Position numbers and translations under genes: made by a program. A DNA stretch of 64,000 nt from Eledone cirrhosa (Eukaryota): contig OZ024749.1 in NCBI GenBank assembly GCA_964016885.1, positions 43,090,001-43,154,000 of the forward strand, read 5' to 3'. Below are positions 39,800 through 53,587 of the stretch, piece by piece (the stretch's first letter is position 1; the number at the start of each line of letters is the position of its first letter). The notes beneath the pieces were generated by a model. The model worked only from the letters and a program-made list of their open reading frames with translations. It was not told the DNA's origin and did no database searches.

Positions 39800-39990
39800 G
39801 GGCGGTGGATTGGCAGTATCGGTGGAGGGGTGGACGCCATGCTTTCCAGCGTAGTTACGTCCCTTTACGATCTGAGTTCAAATCCCGCCGAGGTTGACTT
39901 TGCCTTTCATCCTTACAGGGGTCGATAAAATAAAGTACCAGTAATGCACTGGATAATTGCTGGCCTTGTGCCTAAAGTAGAAACAATTAT
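39800..39990 (+). mobile_element. SINE family A, full length with TSD
   Basis: A box TGGCAGTATCGG, B box GTTCAAATCC, TSD atactata. Confidence 0.9.
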
Positions 39991-40010
39991 ATACTATATA
40001 TATATACGCG

Positions 40011-40292
40011 TATATTGAAAGGATAACAAGGACGATCGGTTACTCCTTTATTACATTTATTGGTAGGTGACGCGCGTTTCTCCACTGACAGCTCAAGGTT
40101 TGATCTGTATCGATGTTACCCGACTCGATAATCGTCACCTACGAATAAATGTAACGAAGGAGTAACCAAACGTCCTTGTTTTCCTTTCAATATATTACAC
40201 TCTGTATAGCTTTACACCTCAACACAGAAGTGAACCTAAGCATTGAGTGCTCACCCGGGTGAACCTGCAAAAACTCCAAGTTACACTCCCTA
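40011..40292. mobile_element. (TA)n-embedded element with ~60-bp inverted arms, possibly Penelope-derived
   Basis: atattgaaagg...ggtgacg mirrored by cgtcacc...cctttcaatat. Minus strand has GAAACGCGCGTC. Confidence 0.55.
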
Positions 40293-40350
40293 GATATATA
40301 TATATACATATATATATATATACTTTATATAATATTATATACTATATATA

Positions 40351-40459
40351 TCCCGCCGAGGTTGACTTTGCCTTTCATCCTTACGGGGGTCGATAAAATA
40401 AAGTACCAGTAATGCACTGGTTAATTGCTAGCCTTGTGCCTAAAGTAGAAACAATTATA
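40351..40459 (+). mobile_element. SINE family A 3' half, near-duplicate of the 39800 copy end
   Basis: Same sequence and same downstream atactata flank. Confidence 0.82.
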
Positions 40460-41220
40460 TACTATATATATATACATTATATAATATTATATACTATATA
40501 TATATATATTATATAATATTATATACTTTATATATATATATACATTATATAATAGTATATACTATATATATATATACACTATATATTTATACGTTGTGTT
40601 TTCTGTAGTGTTATTACTTCTCCTATTATAGAATATGTATTTTTTGGTAAGAATATTCAGACAGGCGTTCAAAAACTATTTGGCAGAATTAATAGGAAAT
40701 ACATTGAATCAGTTAACCATAGTATTACATTAAGATCTCTAGTTTCCAACTCTATCATGTAATATCAGCTATCATCATTCATCATTCATTTAACTACGCC
40801 ATTTATTTTCCTCTTTATAATATGTATGTATGTATCTATGCATGTAGGTATTTATCTATGTACGTATATATTTGTGCGCGTCGGCGTGTGTATATATATA
40901 TATATATATATATAGTATTAAGGATACTATTTATGGTTATGTATATATTAAAACCTTTTATAGTTATATATATATTAAACCCTAAATAGTGAAAGACAGT
41001 AATTTATTACTATCCTATTACCAGTAAGATAAATAGCTCAATGTAACAACATCAGTTGTTTTACAGAGCAGTTATATAGAAATTACATGAATCAAAGTTC
41101 AGTTTAAATCATTTATTTTCTTACAATTGTTTCTTCCAAACCGAGGTTTGGGGTCTTCGGAGCAATTATTTAGTGATGTTTTACATACTATAATTTCGAG
41201 AGAGAGAGAGAGAGAGAGAG

Positions 41221-41402
41221 AGAAATGGCTTCTGCAGGACTAGAACGGTTTCATTCGAATGAAATTATCGGGAAAGCCTTGACGATTTCCTCCGAATAAA
41301 ACAGTTCTAGTCCTGTAGAAGCCAGTTCTATAATAGATATTTATACTCTGCTATGTGTTGAGTACCTTACTTACTGTGGTTACCCACGATTGAACCTGGG
41401 AT
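41221..41402 (+). mobile_element. Palindromic short repeat, same family as 20683-20838
   Basis: ~52-bp imperfect arms over 41221-41329, plus the shared 3' segment. Confidence 0.7.
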
Positions 41403-41481
41403 ATATATATATATATATTTACATAAGCAAGTAATGAAGGAGTCGCTAGCCGTTATAACAAATGATTTATACGATTCTTAC

Positions 41482-41542
<61 letters not shown>

Positions 41543-41754
41543 GGCGTGTGTGTGTGCGTATTTCTGAATGTGTGCATGTGGGTGTATGTATGTAAGTATG
41601 TATGTGTGTATTATGTATGTACATATATATTTATGCTTGCATATACATACAGAAGGAAGTCACAATATATACACATATCCGGCTCTGTCCTATTTTATGT
41701 TCCAATTGCAGCGAGAGTATTTATATGCTTGCATATATTCACTTTAAATGATAT

Positions 41755-41939
41755 TTGTTTCTAATGTTGGCACAAGGCCAGCAATTACCCAGTGTATTAC
41801 TGGTACTTTATTTTATCGACCCCGTAAGGATGAAAGGCAAAGTTAACCTCGGCGGGATTTGAACTCAGAATGGAAAGGGCTGTAACTCTTTGCGTCAAAG
41901 CATGGCATCCGACCCTCTACCGATACTGCCAATCCACCG
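41755..41939 (-). mobile_element. SINE family A, full length with 14-bp TSD
   Basis: TSD actttaaatgatat at 41741-41754 and 41940-41953. Confidence 0.92.
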
Positions 41940-42175
41940 ACTTTAAATGATATCGCTAAGTATTATACCTTGTTTTGTTAAATTTTTGGAGAGTTCTAGG
42001 GAATAATTGGGCACGAAGGAAGGAAAAGAACAGTACCAGCAGACGAACGAACATACCTTTACATCAGAGACCGTCAACTTCGCTTTGGTCCTTCACAGTC
42101 TCAAGTCGGGCTGCTCCTGTGTCGAAAAACCAAGTCATATCATGACAATGTATATGTTCAGCCATGCCACAAGGA

Positions 42176-42367
42176 GCGTTGTGATTGACAGTATCGGTAG
42201 AGGGTCGGACGCCATGCTTTGCAGCATTGAGTTACGCCCCTTAATGGTCTGAGCTCGAATCCCGCCGAGGTTAACTTTGCCTTTCATTCTTAAGGGGTCG
42301 ATAAAATAAATTACCAGTAATGTACTGGGATAATTGTTGGCCTTGTGCCAAAAGTAGAAACAATTAT
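42176..42367 (+). mobile_element. SINE family A
   Basis: Consensus match, head-to-head with the 41755 copy. Confidence 0.87.
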
Positions 42368-43499
42368 TTATTCCTTTTGCTATCAAACCACCTATATATC
42401 ACAGTGGTTCTAAGATAGAAAGTTGTTTACGTATCAATAATTACCTATCATAATTGTATTCAATTGTATTTATTAAGATGTGTTCTACACACCAGCTTAA
42501 TAATGAAGTTAGTTATATTACTAAACCTCTACAAATTCTTGATTATCTTCAAAGTAATTTTTATATAATAGGCAGTGTTTTTTGTATAAATATTTTAACA
42601 AAGAATGAAAGAATATATTTGGAGAATTTACCTTTACTATATGAATGAAAATTCGTGGTTTATTGTTTAAGGGGCTTCTGAAAGCTGGAATCATACGATG
42701 TGGATTCGGTCGCCAAGGCAATGTCACTGTTATATTATCATAAGCCAATTACTGTTTGGCGATAATAGTTTCAGACGAATAATTAAGGCTGCTCTAATAT
42801 GTGGGTGTATGTATATAAAATTGTGCTTGCGTATATGTATGCATGTGTGTGTAAAATTGTGCTTTCGTATGTGCATATGTGTATGTGGGTGTGTATGTGT
42901 ATGTGCATCTGTATGTGTATGTGTGTATGTGTATGTGGATGTGTATGTGTGTATATGTGTGTATGTGCGTATGTGTGTATGTGTGATTAATTATGTTCTT
43001 TTCTATTCGAAATGAATGACGTTGCAGTCATATTCCAGCTATGTTGATTAGACTGTACCCACTGGCTAGTTGGCAGCGGGTTTAAACATTGACAATCTGT
43101 CTAAAACAAGCTACGAGATATTTAACTTGGCAAACAGACTTTTTTTTTCAAACATACACAGCCCTTTACGTTTTAAAGAAATTGGCCAAAAAAGATAATT
43201 AGATTAGCGTATATATGGTTTAATTTACGAAAAAGTTATATTTTACTTTGATGGACTTTATTTCTTATCTATAATTTTTCGAACATATTTTCTTAGATTT
43301 ATTTGTTTAAAGTGAAGATGGAAATAATGATAATTTCTTTTTTTAATTGAAACTTCTTAATGTCTCTGTGATCATAATAATACAAAAATGAAAATGTTTA
43401 ATACAATATTGTCGGAAGTTTGCTTGGCTTATTTCTATTTAAAAAAAATCGATATAGGTTGGTTTTTCATATTTGTAATGCAGTATCTACATACCAGAC

Positions 43500-43670
43500 T
43501 TGTAGTTAGAATGCCTCATTAAAGGATATCTGGGCAGGTTTCAATGGCAAAACCAACCAGCAGGAGAATCTGTGGTAGACCCCGAGCAAGATGGTTGGAG
43601 ACCATCCATCAACTCGTCTAGTCTCGCTTGGGAATCCAGCCGGATCAATTGGAGACAGTTGAAGAAATAC
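43500..43670 (+). mobile_element. Degenerate RTE LINE 3' fragment
   Basis: VVRMPH*RISGQVSMAKPTSRRICGRPRARWLETIHQLV*SRLGIQPDQLETV. Confidence 0.7.
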
Positions 43671-43823
43671 TCGAGGAATCGGCAATTAATGAGATGAATT
43701 ATAAACTGAGACAAGCATATGTATGCATAATCTTTGTGTGTGTGTCTATGTTCGCATGTATGTACATATATATATATATATATATATATGAGGGTCTGTG
43801 GGGGGAGCGTGTGTGTGCGCGTG

Positions 43824-43878
43824 TATATATATATATATAGTATAAGAATACTATATACATATATATATAGTATAATAC

Positions 43879-43925
<47 letters not shown>

Positions 43926-44075
43926 GTATAAGAATATATATATATATAGAATAAGAATATATATATATATAGTATAAGAATATATATATATATAGTATAA
44001 GAATATATATATATATATAGTATAAGAATATATATATATATATAGTATAAGAATATATATATATATATAGTATAA

Positions 44076-44117
<42 letters not shown>

Positions 44118-44120
44118 TAA

Positions 44121-44156
<36 letters not shown>
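43824..44156. repeat. GTATAAGAA(TA)n minisatellite
   Basis: Directly visible. Confidence 0.9.
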
Positions 44157-44159
<3 letters not shown>

Positions 44160-44270
44160 GAAGTTCTATTTAAATTGTTGGAATACAACAAGCAAATATT
44201 TTTATAACTGATTGTTGGAGCAAAAATACGATATATTAACAAATGGAAACTATATTTATAAAACCATATT

Positions 44271-44335
44271 TATTTCATTATATATATTTCAAGGACACCA
44301 AGTTAAATTATGGTGTGCTTTCATCAGATAAAATA
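44271..44335 (-). ncRNA. Minimal type I hammerhead ribozyme, intact core
   Basis: tattttat-CTGATGA-aagcacacca(taatttaact)tggtgtcctt-GAAA-tatata-TA-atgaaata: 8-bp stem I, stem II with one mismatch, palindromic stem III. Confidence 0.75.
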
Positions 44336-44430
44336 TAATATAGACCAGTTTTATAAATAAATATTGACATACCCTTAAAGAATGCGACCATTTCTGTTGG
44401 AAGCTCCCGGATAGTGGGGTTATAAAATGC

Positions 44431-44723
44431 ATATATATACTAATTAGAGATTTTAAATCTCGTTTCAATAACCATAAAAACTCTTTTACACATCTAAACA
44501 AAAAATCTTCAACTTCTCTATCTAGCTTATTATGGGACCTCAAATTAAAGAACGTTAAATATTCGTTGCTTTGGAATATTATTTCAAAAGCTACTCCTTT
44601 TAACTCCTCTTATAAATATTCTTTATATTAAAGACCAAAAATTCCCTGAACCTAAGGAGCAATTTATTCATTTGCTGCAGACATAGATTGAACTCAACGT
44701 TTAAATGTAAATTTAAAATGTAA
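44431..44723 (+). pseudogene. Penelope-type GIY-YIG endonuclease C-terminal remnant
   Basis: DFKSRFNNHKNSFTH...STSLSSLLWDLKLKNVKYSLLWNIISKATPFN, then after a frameshift FILKTKNSLNLRSNLFICCRH. Confidence 0.75.
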
Positions 44724-46311
44724 TATATAATTAATTAATTCTATTAATATATTGAATCTATCGATAAAACATTAGATTCCTTCATTTGACTGCTTAAACT
44801 CTAAAGTTAAAAAATTTTTTCCTAAATAAAAATAATAAATTCTTCTAGAGAAACATACTGACAGCTCTTAAAAGGGGAAAATATTTTATTTGAAAGTTTC
44901 TCCTACTTTTGAAAGTTTCTCTTTTGAAAGTTTCTCTTTCTTTTTCTTATGGCTATAAGATTAAGTTAAACATACTGAGAACTAAATATTATATAGAAAA
45001 TTTAAATGTTTATACTGAATCTATTAAACATTCTTATTTTAAAATTATATCTTGAAATATTCTATAATATTTTTTAAAATTATATGGATTTAAAGTTATA
45101 TTGCTTATAATTATATTTCCAAATCGTAATATAATATATTTTTATTTTTTATTTTGTTTTATTTTATATGATATATAATATGTACTTCTATTATACTATG
45201 TACTGTATTTTTATCTCTCTCTCTCTCTATGTATGTGTGTATATATATATATGTATATATATATATGTGTGTGTATGAGTGTATATATATGTGATGCATA
45301 TCTGCCTGTATGTGTAAGTACGTGTATGTGTATCTATGTGGGGATTATGTGTATATATATATATATATATGCATAAAATTCGAATGCACTCGTTTGTAAG
45401 GATTTACTTAAGATTCGTGATAAACAAACTTATATAATAATAGTCACAACTGCATAACAGGTGGATTTATTAGATATAAAACGTATAAAAAAAATTTGTA
45501 TAATAACATAGGGTTTGTATAACCTAAAATTTCCTTTACTATCTTAACATTTGTAACATTTAATATAAGTAAATAACTTAATTTCCTTCACGCTGTTTCG
45601 CTATTACAAAGAAATGATTTTCTCTGTTTTTTCTACGATTTTCTCCGAAAAATCTATAAGTTTGTGAAAATTCCTATATCTTAAATTAAAAAGTCCTTTA
45701 TTGTATGTATGTATATGTACGTGTATGTATATATATTTATATGTATATATATCTGTGTGCGTATGTATATATACGAATATATTCTTTTAATAATATATAG
45801 ATTTTTATAATATATAGTCTTAATAATATATAGATTTTTTAATAATATATCGATCTCAATTTTTAATGTATAGATCTCAATCTAATTGATAAACTAAACA
45901 TTTAATCATATTTAAACAATGGTTACATTCTCCTATTATTTATGTATTTTGCATTCACGCTTATTTACACTTCTTTGCTGATCCATTAAATATTTATTCT
46001 TTCACTTCATCTCAAAAGTTAAGCTAATACTATCACTTAGAGCTTTCTCTTTCTCTTTTCTTTTTTCTTCCCTTTCTCCTTTTCTTATTTTTCTTATTTT
46101 CCTCTTGGAGTTTGCCCTTTTTTCTTTTTTTCTTTCTCTTTCTCCATAACCCAACGGCTTATTTAAATCAAATTTCATTTAAAAATATCCGAAACTAATT
46201 TGCAGAATAGTATAAATAAATTTATAACCCCACTATCCGGGAGCTTCCAACAGAAATGGTCGCATTCTTTAAGGGTATGTCAATATTTATTTATACAACT
46301 GCTCTATATTA

Positions 46312-46376
46312 TATTTTATATGATGAAAGCACACCATAATTTAACTTGGTGTCCTTGAAATATGTATAATGAAATA
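46312..46376 (+). ncRNA. Hammerhead ribozyme copy with mutated core (ATGATGA)
   Basis: Paralog of 44271-44335 with the core C changed to A and stem III reading tatgta. Confidence 0.6.
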
Positions 46377-46462
46377 AATATGGTTTTATAAATATAGTTT
46401 CCATTTGTTAATATATCGTATATATATATATATATATATATACACACAATATATATAGTATA

Positions 46463-46651
46463 ATAATTATTTCTACTTTAGGCACAAGGCCAGCAATTAC
46501 CCAGTACATTTCTGGTACTTTATTTTATCGACCCCATAAGGATGAAAGGCAAAGTTAACCTCGGCGGGATTTGAACTCAGACTGTAAAGGGACGTAACTA
46601 TGATGAAAGCATGGCGTCCAACCCTCTACCGATACTGCCAATTCACCGCCC
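46463..46651 (-). mobile_element. SINE family A, full length
   Basis: Consensus match. Confidence 0.88.
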
Positions 46652-46826
46652 TAGTGAATTTATATATATAGTATAATAATAATATATATATATATAGTAT
46701 TATTATACTATATATATATATAGTATAATACTACTATATATATATAGTATAAGAATCAGTGTTGCATCACTGCAACCACCTACGAACGCAATTATCTTAC
46801 ACCTCTCTCTGAGAGAGAGAGAGAGA

Positions 46827-46889
<63 letters not shown>

Positions 46890-47563
46890 AGAGAGAGGTG
46901 TGTGTAAGATAATTGCGTCCGTAGGTGGTTGCAGTGATTCTTATACTATATATATATATATAGGTCTGTCTGTCTGCGTGTGCGTGTGCGTGTGCGCGCG
47001 TGCGCGCGTGCGTGCGCGCGTGCGTGCGTGCGTGTGTGTGTTTTCTATAATCGATTATGTTACTGAATAATTTTCGGTTAGCCTGCTTCAGAAAACCCTC
47101 CCAACATGCGACAACAATTTTGTTAACACTGATTTCATTCAAGTTAGATCAACGCCACGTATTACCTATTGTACATTCATATTTACTGTATTGTACTTGA
47201 ACATAACTGTATATGACAGTCAGGTGCGTTGGACAGAACGAGATATAACACTATTTATTTCAGACAAAGTGCAGAGCTGGTTACATGAGACAACAAACTT
47301 CTATTTACTTTGGCAGTTTAACGAGCTGTATAATAGCTTTTCCAGTTTCAACACACTTGGCTAAATTATAAAGATTATAATAAATAAATTTGTATAATTA
47401 TTTGTAACATTAGTAATTTCTTAGATATCGTGCTGGATAGTCAGATTAATTATAACCTCGGACTAAATGTATTATATTTTGTTATTTATATTTACTGTAT
47501 GAATCTTTTTCCAAAAAACATTGGCAACCATATATGCATACACAGACACACAGACACACACAG

Positions 47564-47610
<47 letters not shown>

Positions 47611-49853
47611 CATACATATATATACGTACACACACACATATATATATGTGTCTGCTTGACGCACGAGCAGAAGGACATGTGTTTTTTCCTGCCAGTGGAA
47701 TATCACTACATCGCTTTTCACCTGCGAATACCGTCTCATAACAACAACAAATTCATGAATCCCATCTTGATTAAATGGGGGAATCGCGGAAATAATTATA
47801 ATTGAGAAACGATTCATGTAACATCAACATTTTTATTTATGTTATTTTTATATTGAATCTCCATCGTAACTACAAATTATGAATGTTGAGAGCTTTCTCC
47901 TGCTTATTCCTGTTTTTTTACCAAAACAATCTCTTCGGAACACACACGCACGTACACACACACAGTCAGACACACACATATATACATATATTTATGTATG
48001 TATGTGTGTGTATGTATGTGTGTGTATGTGTGTGTCAATAAGAAACATCTTTTCATTGAAACATCTAATATTTATGAGATGATCCTATTCTATGTTAATC
48101 TTTTGCTAATGATAATTACCACATGTCATTATTCATTCCTCATATCTAGATTGCATCAGTTACATTCATATATCCATTAACGTTTCATGGCACTCTCAGT
48201 CTTATCTTCAGAATGATGTGAGCATGATGGTGGCAATTTAATTGCTGCGATTTTGTTATAGTTAGCAAATATTACAGGAATGATGTTGGAAGTGATAAAG
48301 CCATAATCCTGCGATTTTAAATTGGTTTAAGAATAAATTCCAAAATTCCTTCAGCGACCAGTGAGATAGATGACAGTGATAACTTGTATGACGTGGTCAT
48401 GGATGTTTATAGCTTGACTGCCTTTGATAATAGGTCTGTTCAATATCCATTGACCTTGGGCTAAACAACAACAGCAACTACTAACTACTATTATGTTTAA
48501 GGCAGGAATCCATATGTATAATATAAATATAAGAAATGTAAGATAGCAGTTACAACCTGGAAAACCATTTTAGGCATTCCAAAATATAAAAAATTCACTA
48601 ATATTGTTAACATCACTAAACACTTACAATATATTTATTGATGTCAAACTATTTGTCACAGTTTGCGTTGGAACCGTGTTAGCGACAACAAGAAATAAAC
48701 GATATACGTAAAAATATGTTCACAGATTGAGTAATTTTAAATGGCGAAAATGTTTCTTCCCCGCTGTAATATCTTTAGCTTAAACAAAAAAGGGTCTCAG
48801 ATCAAGACACTTGCCACACACATGCAATTTCAAAATGTAGGATATTTAACTCTAACTTACAACGAGATATTTAATGTGGAATGTAGAAGATAAAATGAGT
48901 AATATGACAAGCCAGAATAAACGATGTAAACAAGACAATGTTTCGAAATATAAGGAGTAAAAGTTGAAGATATGTGGAGAAAAGGGGACATATTTAATAA
49001 AAAATTATATACATGGATGAACGAGCAATGAGAAGAGATATATTCAAAGAATGAATGGATGATTGGTTGGATTTATGCATGAATTAATATAATCGATTGA
49101 AGGTAAGAACATCGGATATATTTCAGAATTTCTACAAACAAATCATTGTGTATTGCGAAAACGTTTAAAGGATAGAAATACTGGATTGAAAGATAGAAAT
49201 AATAAAATGGAAATAAATACTAAAAATATATATAAATAAACGATTTAAGGAGCGAATGAATGAAGATGAAATGAAGAACCTCTTACAATATAAATACTTG
49301 AATACTTAAAAGAAACAATCATATAAAACAAAGCAAGTCAATCGAATGTATAAAAGAACAGGGCCAAAAAATGAAGCAAAAACTGCACTATTTAAAACAA
49401 ACTAAATAGAAATATGTAAGGAAGTATTTAAAAACTGCATCTAATGCATGGCTGGATGAGGTTGTAAAATAATGTTGAAAAACATATAAACAAATGGAAA
49501 TGGTATGGATGCATAAGAAACTATGAGAAAATACAGTAAACATAATATAGAAAGAGAAGGAAATCTGGAAAGGAATCTAGGATTTTCCCAATAAAAATAC
49601 ACGTATTTAAGGATGAAAGGGGAATAGGGAAAATGATTTTAAATCCAAACTATAACATACATGCATGCAAACATACATACACATATATACATACGGACAG
49701 AGAGACAGAGATACAAACGCACAAAGATACCTTCATACACTCATACATACATACATATATACATACACACATACAAACGTACATGCATACACATATTTAT
49801 AAATATATAAGAAAAATCAAACAGGGATGTTTATACAATGTAACATGAATATA

Positions 49854-50026
49854 ATAATTGTTTCTACTTTAGGCACAAAGCCAGCAATTACTGGTACTTT
49901 ATTTTATCGACCCCGTAAGGATGAAAGGCAAAGTTGACCTCAGCGGGATTTGAACTCAGAATGGAAAGGGCCGTAACTCTATGCGTCAAAGCATGACGTC
50001 CGACCCTACCCTATACTGCCAATCCA
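49854..50026 (-). mobile_element. SINE family A
   Basis: Consensus match with a small deletion. Confidence 0.86.
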
Positions 50027-50324
50027 TAATAATGAAATATATGAAGATAAGATGGAGCCTGCATATGGATGTGTGTCGGGGTACAAGCAAGATGAAAAAA
50101 AATAACAGATTTAAAAGAAAACACAATCTTGAATGTAGCTCTGGTGAGTATGTAACATAGGTTGATCACAGGAGTAAACAACTTGCCTAGTTATATAAAC
50201 GAATGAGCTTAGATGTTCCTCTTATTTAGGCCCAGATCAAACTAGATGAAGTAAAGTATGAAAGGGATTTCGGCCCTGGTCAACACGTATTCATTTTTAA
50301 CGTATAGTGTTTTGGGGACTCCAG

Positions 50325-50549
50325 AGTCTGTCTTAAGCCAGAAGGCTTGTTACGTCGTTGCTTATCCTGCTTTCATGGCATGAAGCGACTGAAAGTACAA
50401 GACTCCCCCCTGGACAGGACGCCAGTCCATCGCAGGGTTAAACCTTCAGTTTCAGGCGAGTATACTGAAGCAACGTAAAATGAAGTGTTTTTCTCAAGAA
50501 CACATCACGCAACCCACGACATTATGATCGCAAGTCCAACACCCTTACC
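50325..50549 (-). mobile_element. SINE family B, with deletions
   Basis: Aligns with 35243-35500. Confidence 0.78.
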
Positions 50550-50949
50550 AGATTCTGGGACTACTTTAACAGAATGTATCCACCATTTCAAGATGAGATG
50601 GTGTTGCTATTAAAACTAGGGTTCATTGGTACCAGGATAATATTTATAGAGAGAAAATTGAAATATATTAGCCACATATCTTCAGTGAAATAGCTACAAA
50701 TGAGAAAAAATATTGTCTCTCCATAGAACGCTTTCTTTAAAGTTTAGTCAGGCTGCGCAGATATTTTGTTTTGCCAATGCTTTTGATTTTTTTTTTCCAT
50801 CTAAAATAAAATGTGCGCACTGAATATATAATATTTATAAAGTATTAATTATATTATTTCAGCCAACTAAACTTTGGTGCCCACATTAAATTCTTTTGTG
50901 TGTTGGTTATACATACGACCTAACATATTTAAGACAGACAGTCATACGT

Positions 50950-50991
50950 ACATACGTTGAAATGGTTATACATTTTTGGGGACGCCCTGTA
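50950..50991. mobile_element. Possible Tc1/mariner terminal inverted repeat (one end)
   Basis: Reverse complement reads TA-CAGGGCGTCCCCAAAAATG, like Tc1/mariner ends. No partner end found. Confidence 0.4.
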
Positions 50992-53041
50992 TATATATAT
51001 ATATATACATCCATGAGAAATATGTATGTTAATCTATCTATCTATCTATCTATCGAGAAAGAAAGATAAGTAGGTAGATAGATAATGTTGAATAATTTAA
51101 TGATTTCTTTGCATGAGAGCTATCTTAAATCCCTATTACATCGTTTCGCTGACCACTGTAATGCTATTCTTGTAGTGTTTTTTAATATATACGATATTTC
51201 TTTGAATAATGGATTTATGCTATCAATGATATATAATAACTATAAGCGACATATAATCGAATGTGCGATCGGATTGTCAAGAGTTTCTTTACCTGATCCA
51301 TTCCAAACCAGCATTTCAACATCTTTATATATATTCAGCAATGGTGATAATGACAGTGAAGTTCACTGTATTCTATCAAACAGAGTGATTTAATGAAGGT
51401 ATGATGCAAATATAAGACGTCGTGTATAGAGATGTCAGGTATCATTATACCTATTATTTACTGTTATTACGAGTTCTCTCGTATGCAGAACGATAAGGAC
51501 TTGGGATTTACTTCGAGAGGGAAAAAATCATAGCAATAATATCAGTTAATATATTCTTGGTATTCTTCCATCAGTAAGATGTAAACCAGAATTCCCTCTG
51601 GCATTATATGAAGAAATTGCTAGCGAAATATGTTCTGAATCAGCCATCTATAATAGAAGGTTTAATCTCAAATATTTAGGCTGCTTTGACATCAGTCAAC
51701 CGAGAATTACATGGTGGAAAAATATGTTGACCTGCAACGAAATAAAACTCCCCCCTCATTACAATTCCTTTGCACATAAATGCACTTAAATTTCCCAAAG
51801 AACTTGCTTTCAGCTTCGATAAACTGACAATAGGCATATTCAAATGTATTGAGGTGTAATAAGTATGGAGTGCAATAAAATTACTCCAGAAGTAGTTTTA
51901 CAAGTAGAAATATTGTATATCTTTGTTGAGCTACTGGTGGGTTGAGATTTATACATAACAGGATCTATTTTCAGATGTGGCAGCTCAATATCAAGGATAC
52001 ATCGAGGTTACGACTTAACAAAGTAGTCGATAGGCTTGAGAACCCAAGGATTGTAAGTTGTGGAAATATGAGATGAAGACAAAACATCTCTACTTCTCTA
52101 TACATTAAAATTATATTGTATAAATCAGTGTGTGTACATTTCTATACATAGAACAGTAGTGTGTGTACATATGTATACATGGAGAGGTAGTGTGTGTACA
52201 TTTGTATACAGAGGCAGGTAGTGCGTGTACATTTGTAGACATAGACAAGTAGACAAGTAGAATCTTAAGAACACAGATAAAAAAAACCTTACGGGACTTA
52301 GGTTTGTTTACGTTCACAGTTTCTCATCCTTTCTAGGACCACAGGATATTACCTGTAAAAGACTAGGGTTGATATGATCACCTCTCCACTCCCCACATAT
52401 TGTTAGCCTAGTGTCTGAATTAAAGATCATGTATGTGGTGAACTAATAGTATCATTAGAATGTCCTATAGAATACTCTGATGTAGTCGGTCCGGTTTACT
52501 GTTCTCCCTGAGGTCAAATCCCATCGAGGTAAACTTACATATATACAGAGAGAGAGAGAAAGAGAGAGAGAGCGACAGACAAAGAGATATACACTTTCTC
52601 ACTGTATGCACCCACGCACGCACTCACGTATGCACAATTACATACATGTACATACTTACATTCATATAGATATGGATGTGTGGATGTCTTAGTGTGTGTA
52701 CGTGCGTATGTGTGCGTGTCTGTCTGTGTGCATGTGTGCCTGTGTGTGTATGTGTCTGGGTGTGCGCCTGTGTGTGTGTTTGCGTCTGTGTGTGTGTGTG
52801 TGTCTGTGTGCGCCTGAGTGTGTATGTATGTGTGTGTGTGTTTGTGTATAATTGCGTGTATGAATCAGCAATGTTAGTGTGTGTATGTGTGTGTATGTGT
52901 GTGTGTTTGTTTGCTGATTCATACACGCAATTATACACACAAAGTTAGTGTGTGTGTGTGGGTGTGCGCGTCTGAATGTTTACGTCTGTGTGTGTGCGTG
53001 GGTTTCTTTGTGTGTATAATTGCGTATATGAATCATCAATG

Positions 53042-53107
<66 letters not shown>

Positions 53108-53587
53108 AGTCTGAGTGTTTACGTATGTGTGTGTGTGTGTTTGTTTGTGTGTATAATTGCGTGTATGAATCACCATGTTAGTGTGCGTATGTGTGCGCGT
53201 GTGTGTGAGTGTGTGCGTCTGTGTGTGTCTGTGTTTGGTGAAGGCCTCACAAAGAAGTGACTAAACACATACGATGTATCTACATAGAAATACCAACAAT
53301 GACCGTTGTTGTTGTTTGTTATTGTTGTGTTTGTTGTTGTTGTTGTTGTTGTTTCACACTCACGTAATCTTGACACGCATCAAGACGAGTTTCTCTTATT
53401 TGTTTTCTATTAATTTAACTTACAGGATTATAATTGTCTTATCTTCCAGAGTGAAACCTTACAAGTCACACAGTATTTTTCTCGATAATGTCATAATATC
53501 TAACGTGGAATTACCATATCAATATGTAATAACAACTACTAAAACATATTACTCATAATATCGAGTATTATATTTTAAAGAAAAAAT

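Larger units (their letters stand above)
44157..46420 (+). mobile_element. 5'-truncated Penelope-like element with an inverted pseudo-LTR
   Basis: 200-bp inverted arms at 44227-44426 and 46221-46420, an endonuclease remnant between them, hammerhead motifs in the arms, and (TA)n on both sides. Confidence 0.8.

Noticed and set aside
39800-39890. tRNA gene
   Set aside because: The A/B boxes belong to a SINE head that has a body, a tail and TSDs.
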